Source: Anthoceros angustus (lineage: Eukaryota > Plantae > Anthocerotophyta). Taken from it: a stretch of DNA of 37,039 nucleotides. Of the stretch, positions 21,382 through 34,410 are shown piece after piece. The notes under the pieces are model-generated. The model was not told the DNA's origin and ran no database searches. It saw only the letters and a list, made by a program, of their open reading frames with translations. Position numbers and translations under genes: made by a program. The stretch's first letter is position 1. Each line of letters opens with the position of its first letter. Where the stretch lies: the NCBI GenBank assembly GCA_010909165.1, contig VJWM01000366.1, positions 1 to 37,039 of the forward strand. The letters are read 5' to 3'.

Positions 21382-23442
21382 ACCCCTCTTCCTTCTTTCT
21401 GCAAGGGCCAAGGTACTCGCCTCCTTGCCGTCAAATCCATGCTAGCGACCTTTGAATCGCTGCTTCTTCCATCCTCCTACCATGGTAGGACCTTCTCCTA
21501 CCACGGTAGGAGTCCCCTCACGGTAGGAACTCCTCCTACCAGTAGGAGTTCCTACAGTCGTTTCTTCTTCCTTACCCCTTCACAGGGTGATTCTCTCCAC
21601 ACAGCTTCCCTTCCTGCTTCTCCACAGTGCGAAGTTTCTCCACCCTGTTGCTTGGGACACTCTCCAAGTCTAAGGCTTCCGGTTGGACTTGCATGAGGCC
21701 TCCCTATCATCGTCATGAGGTCCCAACATCCTCCTCTCAGCAAGTCGCAACAACTCGTTAGTGGCCTTGAGCACCTTGTTGTGAAGATGGGCTCGTTGTT
21801 GTGCCATCTCCAATTCTTGTAATCCTCAAGCCATACTCCATGCTCACACTTGCTTTTGTAAGCATCTCGCTCCAAGGCCAGCTCACCGGTCTTGACATGG
21901 AGAGCCACATTCTCCTCTCATTACAGTTGGCGGATCAATCTCTCTTGTAGGGCATAATCGGAAATCTACGCTCCCTCACCGCAACATATCTTTGCTCCGC
22001 CTCATGGCCTTTCTCCTTTGCCATTTCTTCCTCCAACTCCCCTATCCTCCTAGGGAGTTGTGCATTCTCCGTTCTTTGGACTTCTCGTTCCATTTCCAAT
22101 CTTTGGACAAAATGTGTCCGTTCTTCCAGCTCTTCTTCCTTCAATTCCGACCTCCGGATTTCTCCCGCTCCTTTTCCATGTCACTAATCTTCCACTGTGT
22201 GGCTATGACCCGCTCATGTCTTGCCTTTGTCTTTGTCCTCATTTCTTTGCAGATTGCTCTCGTCTTGACCTTTCCTCCATTAGCAGCACTTGCTTGTCTT
22301 GCCTTCTTTTCCCATGTCGCACCATGTGAGCAAGTTGCTCCACCTTCTCCTCTCGAGCTGCCAATTGCTTGGTAAGAGCCTTGTTCTCCGAATATGATGG
22401 TTTGTTTCCTGTTGCCTTGTCTCAAGACTCTTTTCCAAGTGCTCCACTTGAGCTTCCATCCTCATAACATCCTCCTGTGGGTTTCCGCTCGCCTACCGCA
22501 ATTTCCCTTGCTTGGTAGGTCCTTGTCTCTTCTCGCCTCCGTCTTCAAAATTCAACTCTCCTCTTGGCGGCTCCTGTCTACCTTGAACATCTCCCCTATC
22601 GCAGCATCTCCTCCAACATGTCTAAGTCTCCTTTCTTACTCCGGGAGACTCAAGGCCTTTGCCTTGCTCATGGGATCTTACATCCCTTGCTTCCTATGAT
22701 GAGCTCCCGCTCATCACTTGGTGGGGCAACTCCTCCCGTGACTCCATCCGCCCACACCTAGCAGGGGCGGTTGCCTTCTTATCTCCTCTTGGGAGCTTCC
22801 AAACCGTGACTTCCTTTCCCTCCTACCGTGGTAGGAGGTGCTCCAGTAGGACTACTTCCCTACCGTGGTAGGACTAATTCTGCCGTAGGCCTTGTCATGA
22901 GAGGGCGAAGGGGTCCCAAACCCTGGGAACACCTCCCACCCTCGCAGGCGGGATTCACGCCATGGTAGGATCTATCCTACCTTCCATCTCGCATCCTCCA
23001 GCGGTCCAAACTTCAAATCCCCTACAACTTCTCCTTGCAAGTCCTCCGCATCCTCGGCCTATCTTTTGGAGGATTCCTTCCGGCAATAATGTCGGTGGTC
23101 TGCGGCACCTCCTTTTACAAAGCACCAAGCACTCCTGTCCCTCTCACAGGTGTAAGTACACAATGTTAAAGGGATGCTTGGAATCATCCAACTCCTTACT
23201 TGTGAGTAGCCCTCTACTTCCCACAAATGCACTAGATAAGTGCTAAGATAGCATGGCCTTGGTGTCTTCATCCGCGTTGGGTTTGACAACTTCTCCGGTG
23301 GTAGGTGTATGCTTCATACATGATGAGCCCCCAATCCGGCTTCGCTCCTTGAGTGATCTTCCATAGAAAATGGAGGAAGGTAGTGCTGAAATATGACACC
23401 CTTGGATTGCTCACCAAGCCCAAAACAATTCTTGTGAACAAT
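21382..23442 (-). mobile_element. Family A internal fragment (PPT and 3' half of the extra ORF)
   Basis: Colinear with 3132-5172. Confidence 0.9.
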
Positions 23443-26400
23443 TGTGGACTACGGACTTCCCTTGGGGGGCTAGGAAATAGGCAGGGTTTTGTTTTTTTTA
23501 GGAGCGAAGGATAAAATGAGGCGAAAAAGGGGGAAATAAGCATGGATAGCACTCGGACGGCACTCGGTATACTCGGACTCGGAGTGAGGCATTACCGGAC
23601 CTACTGGCGGGCGCCGAGTAGCAGGATAAGTCGGACCCACTCCGAGACGAGGCGGGATAAATCAGTAACGAGTTGGTAGAGACGGACGAGCGGCCGTGGA
23701 CCACAGTGGAGGGCAGGCATCTGGCGGGCCTTGCAGGCCGTTATAGCGGTATTCACGCCGCGGGCCGGGCGTAAACGGCAGGCGTAAGGCGGTAAGCGGG
23801 CGTAAGGTCGAGAATAAGCCATGCAGACCTCAGCGATTCAGACGGGAGCGCCCTCCTTGATTACTCCGGCGGCGAAGGAAGGTCATTGTTCTGTGACCTC
23901 GAGACAATTCGCGATCTCTTGCGCTCCGCGATCCGGCTCTCTGGCGGTATCTCGTTGGGCCTCGGGGCGTCTTGGCGGCTCACCGTTGAGGTTGGAGGCG
24001 TGAGCCGAAGGCGCAGCGTGCCGGTGATCTCAAACAAGCGGCTCTGACAGGAGGAGGCGATGGCACCCAAAAAGCTGCGGAAGTTTGGGAGCCATGGAAC
24101 CTTGTGGGCGCAACATTGTGACTCGGCTATCCGGACTTTGGGCCACGGCTCCGAGGCGGAGAATTGGTGCGGGAGTGGCATTTGGATGTGTTCGGATAGT
24201 GCGGACATTCGATAGTGTCACTCTGGTCAAGTTCGCCGGAAAATCTTGGCGGTCAATAAGGAGGTGCGGTCAAGAACCTCGGGAGGACCAAGCGATGGAC
24301 CTTGGAGGTCTGAGGCGGCCTAGCCAAGGAGGAAGAAGGGGAGTGGTGCGGGCCCCTCAAGGCGAAGGGAAGATAGGGAGCCACAGGCGATCTTTGAGGC
24401 ACAGGGCACGGACCCTGTGGTTGGGCGATATCAGGCTGTTGGACGGTCGAGTAAGTGGCGGATCATTGTCCATTGGAACCTACTCACCAAGGTGGATCAC
24501 CTTGGTGATAATCTGATAGTATTCACATGCTGCGGCCGGGGAAGAGGCGGGAGGGAAGGATTATCTTCGCCGGTTTAGTCGGGAGGCATAAGCTCGGGCC
24601 AGAAGCCTCGCCATGCATCCCCATACACGATCCATGTATGGGGCATTTGACTCCTCAGGAAGGAGAGCTTGGCGGCGCTCGGGAAAGGGCCTGGAGGCCT
24701 GGGAAGTGGAGGCGGGCAAGGGCGGAGGGAGGCCGAGGTCGTCAGCCAAGCGGACCGGGAGGGGGCGGGAGGATTCCGGACTCCATCGTGGAGCGGACCC
24801 CTCACCACCAGTATGGGAAGAAATTCCCTTCCCTCCTCCAGTGCTACCCAGGCGGCCGATCCAGCGAGGCGGCCCAGGCCCAGCCCGCCACCGGCCACAC
24901 CACTGAGAGCCCGCCCGGACGGAGGGAGCCGAAGAGCAGACCCCACGGCTACCTGTGGCACCTCGGTCGGTGCAGTACCCTTACCACCTTGCGGGTAGCA
25001 AGCGGAGGCGGGGAGGCGAAGGGCCGAGGCGAGAGGACAGCGGCCCGCAGGCAGTCTGTCGCCCGGCGGAAGGGCAAAACTTGCTCCGGACTCCCTCACC
25101 TCCTCAAGGCCCGGAGAAAAGGCGGAGAAGGAGCTCGCGGCCAAAGGGCCAAGGAGGTGAAGCTCGGGAGCTCATCGGGACCTAAGGGTCTGATTAGGTC
25201 AGGAGAACCCAGTCGGACTTACTCGGACAGGGTATGGAGGTCCTTGGCGGACCGTGAAATCGGCTCCGCTACGGACTTTGTGGGAGCCTCACGTGCGGCC
25301 GTGGAAGAAACAGGTCCCTACCGTCATGGGCGGTATGCTTTGGGTCTGCGGGATGGCGAGAAGACCCGGAGGTAGAAGCCACCGGGCGCATGGTACTCCT
25401 CAGGAGGCGGTTGGAGGGGCCGGAGGCGAAGGGAAGCTCTCGGATTGAGGAGAAGCGCCGGGAGGCTGAGAGGAGTCTGGTCCATCCGAGGCCGGACCAA
25501 ATTCCTTGTGGAGGCGGTGAGCGAGCTAAGGAGGCCCAGGTGAGGACCTCTGAGGCGTGGCCGAGCGAGGCCGGGCAGCGGAGCAGGCGGGACTGGCGGC
25601 CGGCGGACGAGCCAAGGCGGAGAGGCTCGGTGAAGGTGGCCAGGAGGCGGAAGCCACGGCGTCGCGATCACTATCAGCGTGATCGGGCCGGTGGAGGGAG
25701 GCGGCCACGGCCAATCGAAGGCGGCGGTGGCGACAAGCAGACGGGCCGTGCAGGCTGCTGGAGGCCGGCCGAAATCAGGGGACCTCGGGCGCGGTACGGG
25801 AGGAGGTAGAAGGAGGCGGAGGCGGAGGCAGCGGACACCTTGGGTTACAACTCAAGGCCGTCGGCGGAGGTTCTCAATGGGAGAATCCGGGACTTGACGG
25901 AGATAGGCGCCTCGGCTCTGCACGAAGATGGGCGGGAGGTGGCGGGAGCGGACCGGCCGGGGCCAAGAAGTTCGCGACAAGGAGATGGGATCTCGGACTC
26001 GGCTCGGGAGGTGGAAGCGGCGGCGGAGATGGAGGACCGCAAGGAGACTTTGGGTCCAAACTATCATTGAGAGGAATGGTAGTTCCAGGACATGGTCGCG
26101 AACGCGACTGAAATAGAGCGGCTCGCTTGACGAGTCAAGGCGATGGAACAGGAGCAGGACGCCGCCGAGATGGAGAAGGGCCTGAAGCAGCCCCGCAGTT
26201 GCCGACCGTCTGAGCGGAGATGGCGAGTTAATGGACAAAGAGGCGAGGGCTACCGGAAGCGCAAGAAGCCGTCCACCGAGGAAGTCGAAGGGAACGCCGC
26301 GCTATGGCGGCAAGTCGGCAGCGAACAAGCGAGGGAGTTGGAGCAGTGGAGCAACAATGACGGTCATGGAGGTGACCGAGGCCTGGCACAAGAGAAGCAC

Positions 26401-27784
26401 CCGCATATCAAACCCAAGGGAGGTGGAGCCAACAAGTGCCTCCCCGAGCACCTATGGCGAGGGGTGCTCAAGACGTGGAAGAGGCAATCCAAAGTGGATT
26501 CGGACTTTGCCTATTACCACGCCCGAGCTCCCGGCAGAGGCCTCTCACCACCGCAAGACGACCCCGGAAGGCCTTGAGGGGAAGAAGGGCAAAGACAGGA
26601 CCCTAGGGGCCCTGCTTGAGACGACGGCACAAGGAGAGGAGCCCCAAGAGGAGCGGACGCAGGACCCCAAGGTAAGTTCACCACCACCCGCCCGAGAAGG
26701 GGGTGACGGGCCCAAAGGGGGTGCAGGAGGAGCCAACCCAACCAAGACAAGGGTCGGGGTAAGGAGGAGGACCCAGACGAGGTCCATGAAGGGGTCCGAG
26801 CTTGGGAGGACCGGAATAAGTTCGGACCCCGAGGTCCGAACCCCGAGACGAGGCCGGACCCACCGGACTCAGAAATAAGCCGACCGGAGTTCGTCGAGTC
26901 GAGACCGACCTCGAGGTCGACTCGGCAAGAAGGAGGAGCCCCTCGACTTACTGGGAGCGATAGCCGGGCCCCACCGAGGGGGGGACCCATGGGAGGCCAG
27001 GGAGGATGACGTGGTAACGGCCGCCGACCGCCGAGCCAACCCGGCTGTGATTCCGGGAGGAGGAGGTCTACGGATCATCCGATTGCGCCAACTGCCGTGA
27101 CGGAGATTGGACCACCAATCCCAAGGCGGAACTCGGACCTTCCCACCCCCACCGCGAAGGAGATAGGAGGGAATAGGATGGTAGGCCGATTAGGCATACC
27201 GAAATGGCCATGTAATAATAAAGACGCCGACCAAGAGGTCACCTCAATAAATCATCTTCTCTTGGTGTTGATGCTGCCTGCCATTTTGTGTGTCTTCTTG
27301 CTAACGTGAGTCCCGAGTCACCGACACGCCCGGGATTGACTGGTCCCGTGACGACCTAACGTGTTGTGGTGTGCAGGAAGGTGATCGGGGACCCGTGCTC
27401 GCCCGCAGCCGCCCGCCACGAACGGACCGGAAGCCGTGAGGGACTCGGAGGGCGCAGAGCCGGACGAGAGGCCCGAGAACGGAGGAGGTCCGGATCGTAA
27501 CCCGCCTTTCCTTAAGACCGATAAGTGTAGTGAGTGAGAGAGGAACGGACGAGAGGTGAGACGAACGGAACGAAACGGACGCGAACGGTCCTTAAACGCT
27601 TGGCCATACCGGCCCGTGTTTGTCGCAGTAGTTAGACGTGAACTAAGGAGTGTGTGCGGGACCGAACGGACGCAGTAAGACGAAATCGCCGAACGCAAAC
27701 GGAGTCCATTCCTTTGGGAACGAACTCCTTCCTACAACGACACGGGATTATGTGGCGCCGGTGGCGTCGGTAAAGCCAGCGCCA
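23443..27784. mobile_element. GC-rich family B segment, with a long ORF remnant and an LTR-like module at ~27090-27740
   Basis: Sharp compositional change at both ends. 27050-27620 is homologous (inverted) to 960-1590. Short tandem motifs (ACTCGG, GCGTAA) occur at 23550-23806. No RT, INT or gag motif was seen. Confidence 0.55.
23821..26900 (+). CDS. Long frameshifted ORF of family B (acidic start, W-containing region, Pro/Gly linker, coiled coil); function unknown
   Basis: With one frame correction the start reads M(A)DLSDSDGSALLDYSGGEG. Later pieces are RIEEKRREAERSL, EAEAEAADTLGYN, EVLNGRIRDLTEIG and QDMVANATEIERLA-RVKAMEQEQDAAEMEKGLKQ. The minus strand here reads as typical antisense L/H/P text. 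Ends are approximate. Confidence 0.4.
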
Positions 27785-30567
27785 CAAGACTCTTCTCCAA
27801 GTGCTCCACTTGAGCTTCCATCCTCATAACATCCTCCACCGCTGGGTTTCCGCTACCTACACAATTTCCCTTGCTTGGTAGGTCCTTGTCTTCTCTCGTC
27901 TTCAAGAATTCAACTCTCCTCTTGGCGGCTCCTATGTCTACCTTGCTGAACATCTCCCCTGTCGCATCTCCTCCAACATGTCTAAGTCTCCTTTCTTACC
28001 TCCGGGAGACTCAAGGCCTTTGCCTTGCTCATGGGATCTTACATCCCTTGCTTCCCTATGATGAGCTCCGCTCATCACTTGGTGGGGCAACTCCTCCCAC
28101 CGTGACTCCATCCGCTCGCCCACCTAGCAGGCGGTTGCCTTCTTATCTCCCTCTTGGGAGCTTCCAAACCGTGACTTCCTTTCCCTCCTACCGTGGTAGG
28201 AGGTGCTCCCACCGTGGGACTACTTCCTACCGTGGTAGGACTAATTCTGCCGTAGGCCTTGTCATGAGGAGGGCGAAGGGGTCCCAAACCCTGTGGGAAC
28301 ACCTCCCACCCTGTGCGGATTCCACCATGGTAGGATCTATCCTACCTTCCATCTCCGCATCCTCCAGCGGTCCAAACTTCAAATCCCCTACAACTTCTCC
28401 TTGCAAGTCCTCCACATCCTCGGCCTATCTTTGGAGGATTCCTTCCAGCAATAATGTCGGTGGTCTGCGGCACCTCCTTTAGCCAAAAGCACCAAGCACT
28501 CCCTGTCCCTCTCACAGGCTGTAAGTACACAATGTTAAAGGGATGCTTGGAATCATCCAACTCCTTACTTGTGAGTAGCCCTCTACTTCCCACAAATGCA
28601 CTAGATAAGTGCTAAGATAGCTGACCTTGGGATCTTCATCCGTTGGGTTTCAAACTTCTCCGGTGGTAGGTGTATGCTTCATACATGATGAGCCCCAATC
28701 CGCTCCTTGAGTGATCTTCCATAGAAAATGGAGGAAGGTAGTCTTGAAATATGACACCCTTGGATTGCTCACCAAGCCCAAAACAATTCTTGTGAACAAT
28801 CTCCACTTGGGCTCCAAGATTTGGTCCGTCACAACCGTTCTTGGACTTAGCCTTCATGCCCCTTGCATAAGTGTAAGGGCTCCCTTGGGAAGATCCGCCG
28901 TTGATGCACGCTTGCCTCCACTCGTTCCTTCCATCAGCGTGATTCCGCTATCCTATCCGCCCGCCATATACAGCGTATGCTCCTTATCCAACACCTGGAT
29001 CCGTCCGTTCCTATCCGGTGCGGCCAATTCCTCTTCCGTCTTCTCTATCAATTCAAGGTTGGTGTAAGACCAATGTCGCCCATACACCCACTCTAGCTGA
29101 ATATTCTCCTCTGCTGCCCAAGGTCGAAAGTCTGAAAGGTCTCTAGAGGATAGCTGGCTGCATAGCACGTAAATAATGGCATGTCAAATTTCCACCCTCC
29201 GAGTCGATCCTCCTTAGACCTCTTGCAGCTCCTGCGCCACCTCCCTTGGTGGACGCTCCTTCCTTAGCTACTACCTCCTTGCCCTTGGTCATGGTAGGCT
29301 TGGTCATGGCCTCCTTGGTTAGTACTTGCGAAATTGAAGAAAAGTGATGCCTCTCCTGCAATTCCTGCGGCACACCTGACTTCTATCCTTGCAAACGTTT
29401 CTCCTCCTCCTCGATTTGCTCTTGCTCACAGCTCAAAGGTCCTTGCCCTCTCCTCCTGCAGTCCTTACACCTTGGCGTCCCCAAACCCGATTTCTCCTGC
29501 AGAAAGCTCAACAAAATTCCCCACGGACTCTTACACCACCGGCAATTTAGGAGCCCTTCCTTCACGGTTTCCTAGCAATCTTGCCACGCTCCACCCTCCT
29601 AGGCACCCTCACGAGCTTGGCAAGTGTTGGGTTGCGCCCAACCTTCTTCTCCCTTCTCTTCTTCCTCTTTTCCTCCTGCTCTTCCTCTCTTGGGGCACAG
29701 GATTTTCGCCTCCTTCTGAGCTTGCCCTCCTTCTCCTCCTCAGCAGGGCGTGTGCAGTAGCGTTGCTGTATGGGGGTTGGGAAGCTTGGTGTGGCGGCGC
29801 CTTCCTGCTGTGAGGCCGTCTCCTCAAGTTTCTGAGTTGTGGCCTCCTGCAGGCACTGCAGCCACTTTTATAAGTCACCCAAGGGTTAGAAAAAGTAACT
29901 ACCATTCTATCCTGCCCTTGGATGTGTGCCACGTGGCCCCTTTCTCACCGTTGATGTTAGTTTCCTAATTCCCTTATACTAAAATACCATTTTCCCCTAT
30001 TTTCCTAATTTCTAATTGAAAATTAGCCTCTAATTTCTTAATTACCTATTTTGGCCTATTTATCTAGTCCACTAAAGACTCTATATATAGCAAGCCTATC
30101 ACCGCCTAAAACATAAGCTACTTTCCTTAGAAACCTATCTCCTACGTGGTAGGACATCCTCCTACCATGGTGGCGTTCCCTTCTCCTACCACGGTAGGAG
30201 TTTCTCTGTGGGATACCTTCCTACCCTCTCCTACCATGGTAGGAGCTATTCCCTGGTAGGTGATCAAAACACTAGCGGGGTCATCCTCCTCGGTGGTAGG
30301 ATCTCTCCTACCCTCGTCTACCATGGTAGGAGTTTCTCCTACGGTGGTAGGACACCTCCTACCACTCATGTAGGTTACCTTTTCTCCTCACCCAGGTCGT
30401 TTTGACCCGTTTCTTTTTCCTGCATATCCTCTGCCTTCCCATGGTCCTACAACTCCCGCTCAAAAGGAGCAAAAATTTCCTTGCATGTCTTCACCAAACC
30501 ATTTCTAGCAAAAGTGTGTCTTTCAAAGCGAACTCATTTAAGCTAGTTGCCCAAACTTTGCGTTCCA
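27785..30567 (-). mobile_element. Family A internal fragment (5' part of the extra ORF, its TATA box and the palindrome array)
   Basis: Colinear with 4172-6916. Extra-ORF ATG at 29307, TATA at 29865-29872, array at 30141-30375. Confidence 0.9.
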
Positions 30568-31129
30568 CATGCCCCATACATGGGAAAACGTCCAACCAAT
30601 GTAACTCTCATATTTCAAGTTTCCCCATAGAAGCTTCCATGCGGGTGGTGGTGGTATGGGTCATGAATCCCATGCGACATGGAATTCATGGAAATCGTGT
30701 GCGGGCGGCCAGCCGCGCACCACCCTCCACAATCCCAGTGACATGTCATCTCCTATCCCTTGGTAGGTTGGAGGAATCGATTTTTGAGACAAGAGGGCTG
30801 GATGTGTGTCACCAACCATCGGCGGGATGCTATGTATAGTCATGTGACTAGTGATCAAAACAGAAAGTCTGGATGCATTATTAGTGGTGGCATCGTGCAA
30901 GCCCTAAATGTGCACATGCTCTAAATGTGCAAATTCTTGCAAAAATGTCCCAGGCTCGCTAGTGCTTTAGAACTAAAACGTTCGATTTGGGCGATGGAGT
31001 TTCCATCGGCTAACATCTTGTAGAATATACAGTCGTTTCAAACTTTCCCCAAGGAGAATGGGCTACAATGAGCGTGTCGAATGTGTCTTGCGGTTTCCTT
31101 CTCAAAGCAGAAAATGAGGCTCCTGCGCA

Positions 31130-34100
31130 CTTTTAACATTCGGTGCAATCTACTCTCAAATTGACGCCGTCATCTTCGTTGGGTTCGGCATCATCACCGT
31201 CATCTTCACTCCTGTGCCACTTTGACTTGCTGGTTGTATGAAGCCCCAATTCATTCACTTGTCCTTGATTGCCTTCTTGTCTACCGCATATAGATGTTTA
31301 GAATTCAAGGTGAAACCATAATACAAGATGACGGTTTTACATATATACTTCGAATATTTTTAGGTTCAACCCTTGACCCCTTTTCCCGGTTTGTTGCTTG
31401 CTGCATCCCCGAATTATGTATTCTTCAACGTACCTACCCTCAAACGCATCTGTGCTCTTTCAGTGAACAAGTAAGTGAGGTGGGTCATCAAACAAACCGT
31501 CAATCACCTTCCCAATCCAAAATGGTCATTGCGTGTCCCTTGGGCGCAATGAACATGCCCTTATTTATTTCAACACATCACCATTCAAAGCGTGTCATTC
31601 CCTCCTGTCTTTCCAAGTTTTGGTATCGTCCCAAATACATATCTCGTTGTGGAAGGTCCCTCAACAACGCCTCCTGTAATAAAGCTTCATCATCAAGTCG
31701 CGGAGGTTGGGCATTACTTCTACCTCGAATACCACTTCCAAGGATCTTTGGAGGGAGCCCAATGTTGTTTTGAACAATAACGAATCTCTTGTTGGTCCAC
31801 CGAGCTTCCCACCATTTGTATTCCTCCGATGTCACATAAGGCCTAAGGGCGAAGACCTTCCTTCAAATGAGCCACCATCCGTAGGTGATAAGTCAACTTT
31901 CCTTTTCTATCCCTTGACCGGAGGCGGTTAAGGGAGCTCGTATTGTGTCCAACGGCACGAATGTCAAAAACTCAACCCGGCCTCTGTCTCCCAATAGGTG
32001 ATGTGGAATCTGCTTGCTCCTATGATTACAAACCCACGGTCACCTTTGGCTTCTCTCGTAATTTTGAATTGGTCTTTGGAAAGAGGTTGTTTAATTTTTG
32101 ACCGCCTTGTATGCGTGTCCACCTTCCCCTTATGGGCCAAACATATGGCCGGAAGTCCGGAACATCAATATCTTCACCTCCGGCTGTGGAGTGTAATCAA
32201 AATCTCGGCGGTCGGGAAGAGTGTGAGCTTCCTTGTGTTTTAAGCTTTTGAAAAGCATGAAAACATTTGGTCGATTTGATCATGCGTATGCCCCACCAAC
32301 AAAACCCCACTTTCACCTTTTCAAACGTCCCCATGTCCACGAGCATGTTGAGATATGCAAAAGCTTGATTCTTGTTCTCTCTGCGGTGTTGTCCAATTGC
32401 AAATATAACACTTTAATACTCCTTGTAGTTATGAATAACATCACGGATGATGGTAATCGTAAGATTGGCATCATTCCATGGTTCGCATAATGCAAGTAAG
32501 CTCTTGCCTTAAACGTGTAATTGTGGATCATGCACCCAACCATGAACTGAATCGGCACTCCTCATCCAAGTTCTTTGGCCATCGGTAGATGGGAATCTCC
32601 GTCTTCTTTTGGTCCATTCCATCGATTGAAAGTAGAAGGTACATATGTGGTTCTACATAACTCTTGCTCCACATGTTTCGCCATCTTGACCGCTCGATGT
32701 AACCGCAAACGATGGGCATCTAAAGCCGCTTGATATTTTTCTTTTGAAAACATACACACTCGTCGGTACATTTGAAGAGACATCTAGATATGAAGGACCC
32801 TCCTATCTTTGGACATACACGCACGGGCGTCCGCCCCAAATCAACGGAGGAAGAACCTTCATGTTCCGTCCTAGCGCATTTGCGATCGATTGGTTGTACT
32901 CGAGCAACCACAATCCATGCCTTGGCTTTTGGTTATGGGCGGCCGGCCCCACATGTATAAATTGTAGGGTGACCCGTATGGTCCCGCCATGTGGGCGTTG
33001 GCGATTGGTATCCTCGGAACCTATGGTGCCCGTTGAGTGGGTGGCGGCGGCGCGCCCATCTCCGCTCTTAAGCCCATAGGGTTCTTGGCCTCTGGGGGCC
33101 GGCCCGGCGTCCCACCACATGTCTGTGGCCTCTTGGGGTTTCATCCCAAGGGTTTTGCATATGTGGGACGGGCGTCAACCCCATCCCATCATACAAAGAT
33201 CAGAAAGACCGTTATAGGGATCTTGCCCATAAAGCCTCGAGTTCAAAACAACCATTCCCCACTCAAGAAAACCATTGTCCATAAGTTCCCATGCATGTCA
33301 ACCAGCCCGTCGAAGTGGTAACAATTACCTTGATCGGATTTGTGGGTGTTCCTAATTGTGCTCTTGAGACTGCGAGTGAGCACGTGGAAAACCTGTTGGA
33401 TTTTGGTATTTTCACTCTTGGGAAGTTGCTTTTCCATAACTTCAAGAACCATGGATATTTCACATAGAGGATCCCGGAGGTTTAGTACGCTGTACATACT
33501 CCATATTTCCAACCTTGTGTGTGGAAGGTTGAAGACCTCCGTTCCTCGTATCATTAGAAATGTCTTATCCATCCGAGGATATCGCTCCAGCATAAGAAGG
33601 CGTGGTTTGGGGTTAGGCCTGAAACCATCCCAGGGCATTCGAAATGATTCGCTCTTGATTCCTCATATCTATGCAATATACTCTTCTAAATGCCTTCAAG
33701 CGTATCGGAATGGACCCCAAAATGTGTGTGCATACTTTTTTCACATCCCCTCCCTCACTTGAACCAAGGACTCTAGAAATGTCTCTTGCTCGCGCCCATC
33801 CTTAGGAATCGGTACCTCTGCTCACGAAACTTTTCTTTTGTGCACAGCACATTTGATTGCAACATGGTTTTCAATCCGTCACTACCTCTCCTTCACTTTT
33901 CTTCAATGTGACACCACTGCGCGTCTCCGTTGAGGTGCAATGCTTTGCTCGCTTGGCATCGTCTCACCGGTGACGGGATGGAGCAGCCGATGCGGGTGTC
34001 GAAGTGGTGACTTCATCTTCATCCTCGGAGGGTTCGTGCTCGCCCGTGGGAGGTCTTCTCGTGACCACCATCAAACAATCCCCTGCAACAGTGGTCCATT

Positions 34101-34410
34101 CTCACGCTTGAGGATGAGGACTCGAATTGATCTCGGGAGGCATGTAGATGGGCTCCCCTCAATGGGCTGCGTATAGATGCAAATTCCTCGGGGTGTGAGG
34201 CACACCCTTGACATAAGTGTTAGGGAGGCTGAGATGGCGAGCCTCTTCCTCACATGGACCATGTCTCCATTCCTTTGGAATTGCGAGGGGGCGGTCCTCC
34301 ACTTGAACCTCCTGCGCCCACGAGGCATGGTCTTTACAAGTTGCATGTATCATGAATGGTATGCGGGGAAAAGACAATGGCGAAACAAGACCAACCTCAT
34401 CTCCCAGGCG
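31130..34410 (-). CDS. DDE transposase of the DUF7869 / Sola-like type, frameshifted and probably intron-containing
   Basis: SIDGMDQKKTEIP (DGMDQ at 32609-32623), DANLTITII, LYLQLDNT(A)-ENKNQ (32388-32408) and FAYLNMLVDMGTFEKVKVGF-LVGHTHDQIDQMFSCF (GHTHDQIDQ at 32267-32293). An N-terminal KPCCNQMCC Cys cluster lies at ~33840-33870 and a C-terminal PFWIGKV at 31505-31525. Gene ends are approximate. Confidence 0.75.

Noticed and set aside
27752-27785. GTGGCG...CGCCAC hairpin and TGGCGCC as a PBS at the family B / family A junction
   Set aside because: The stem is only ~6 bp in GC-rich DNA, and the TGGCGCC is ~16 nt from the nearest candidate LTR-ending CA, too far for a PBS.
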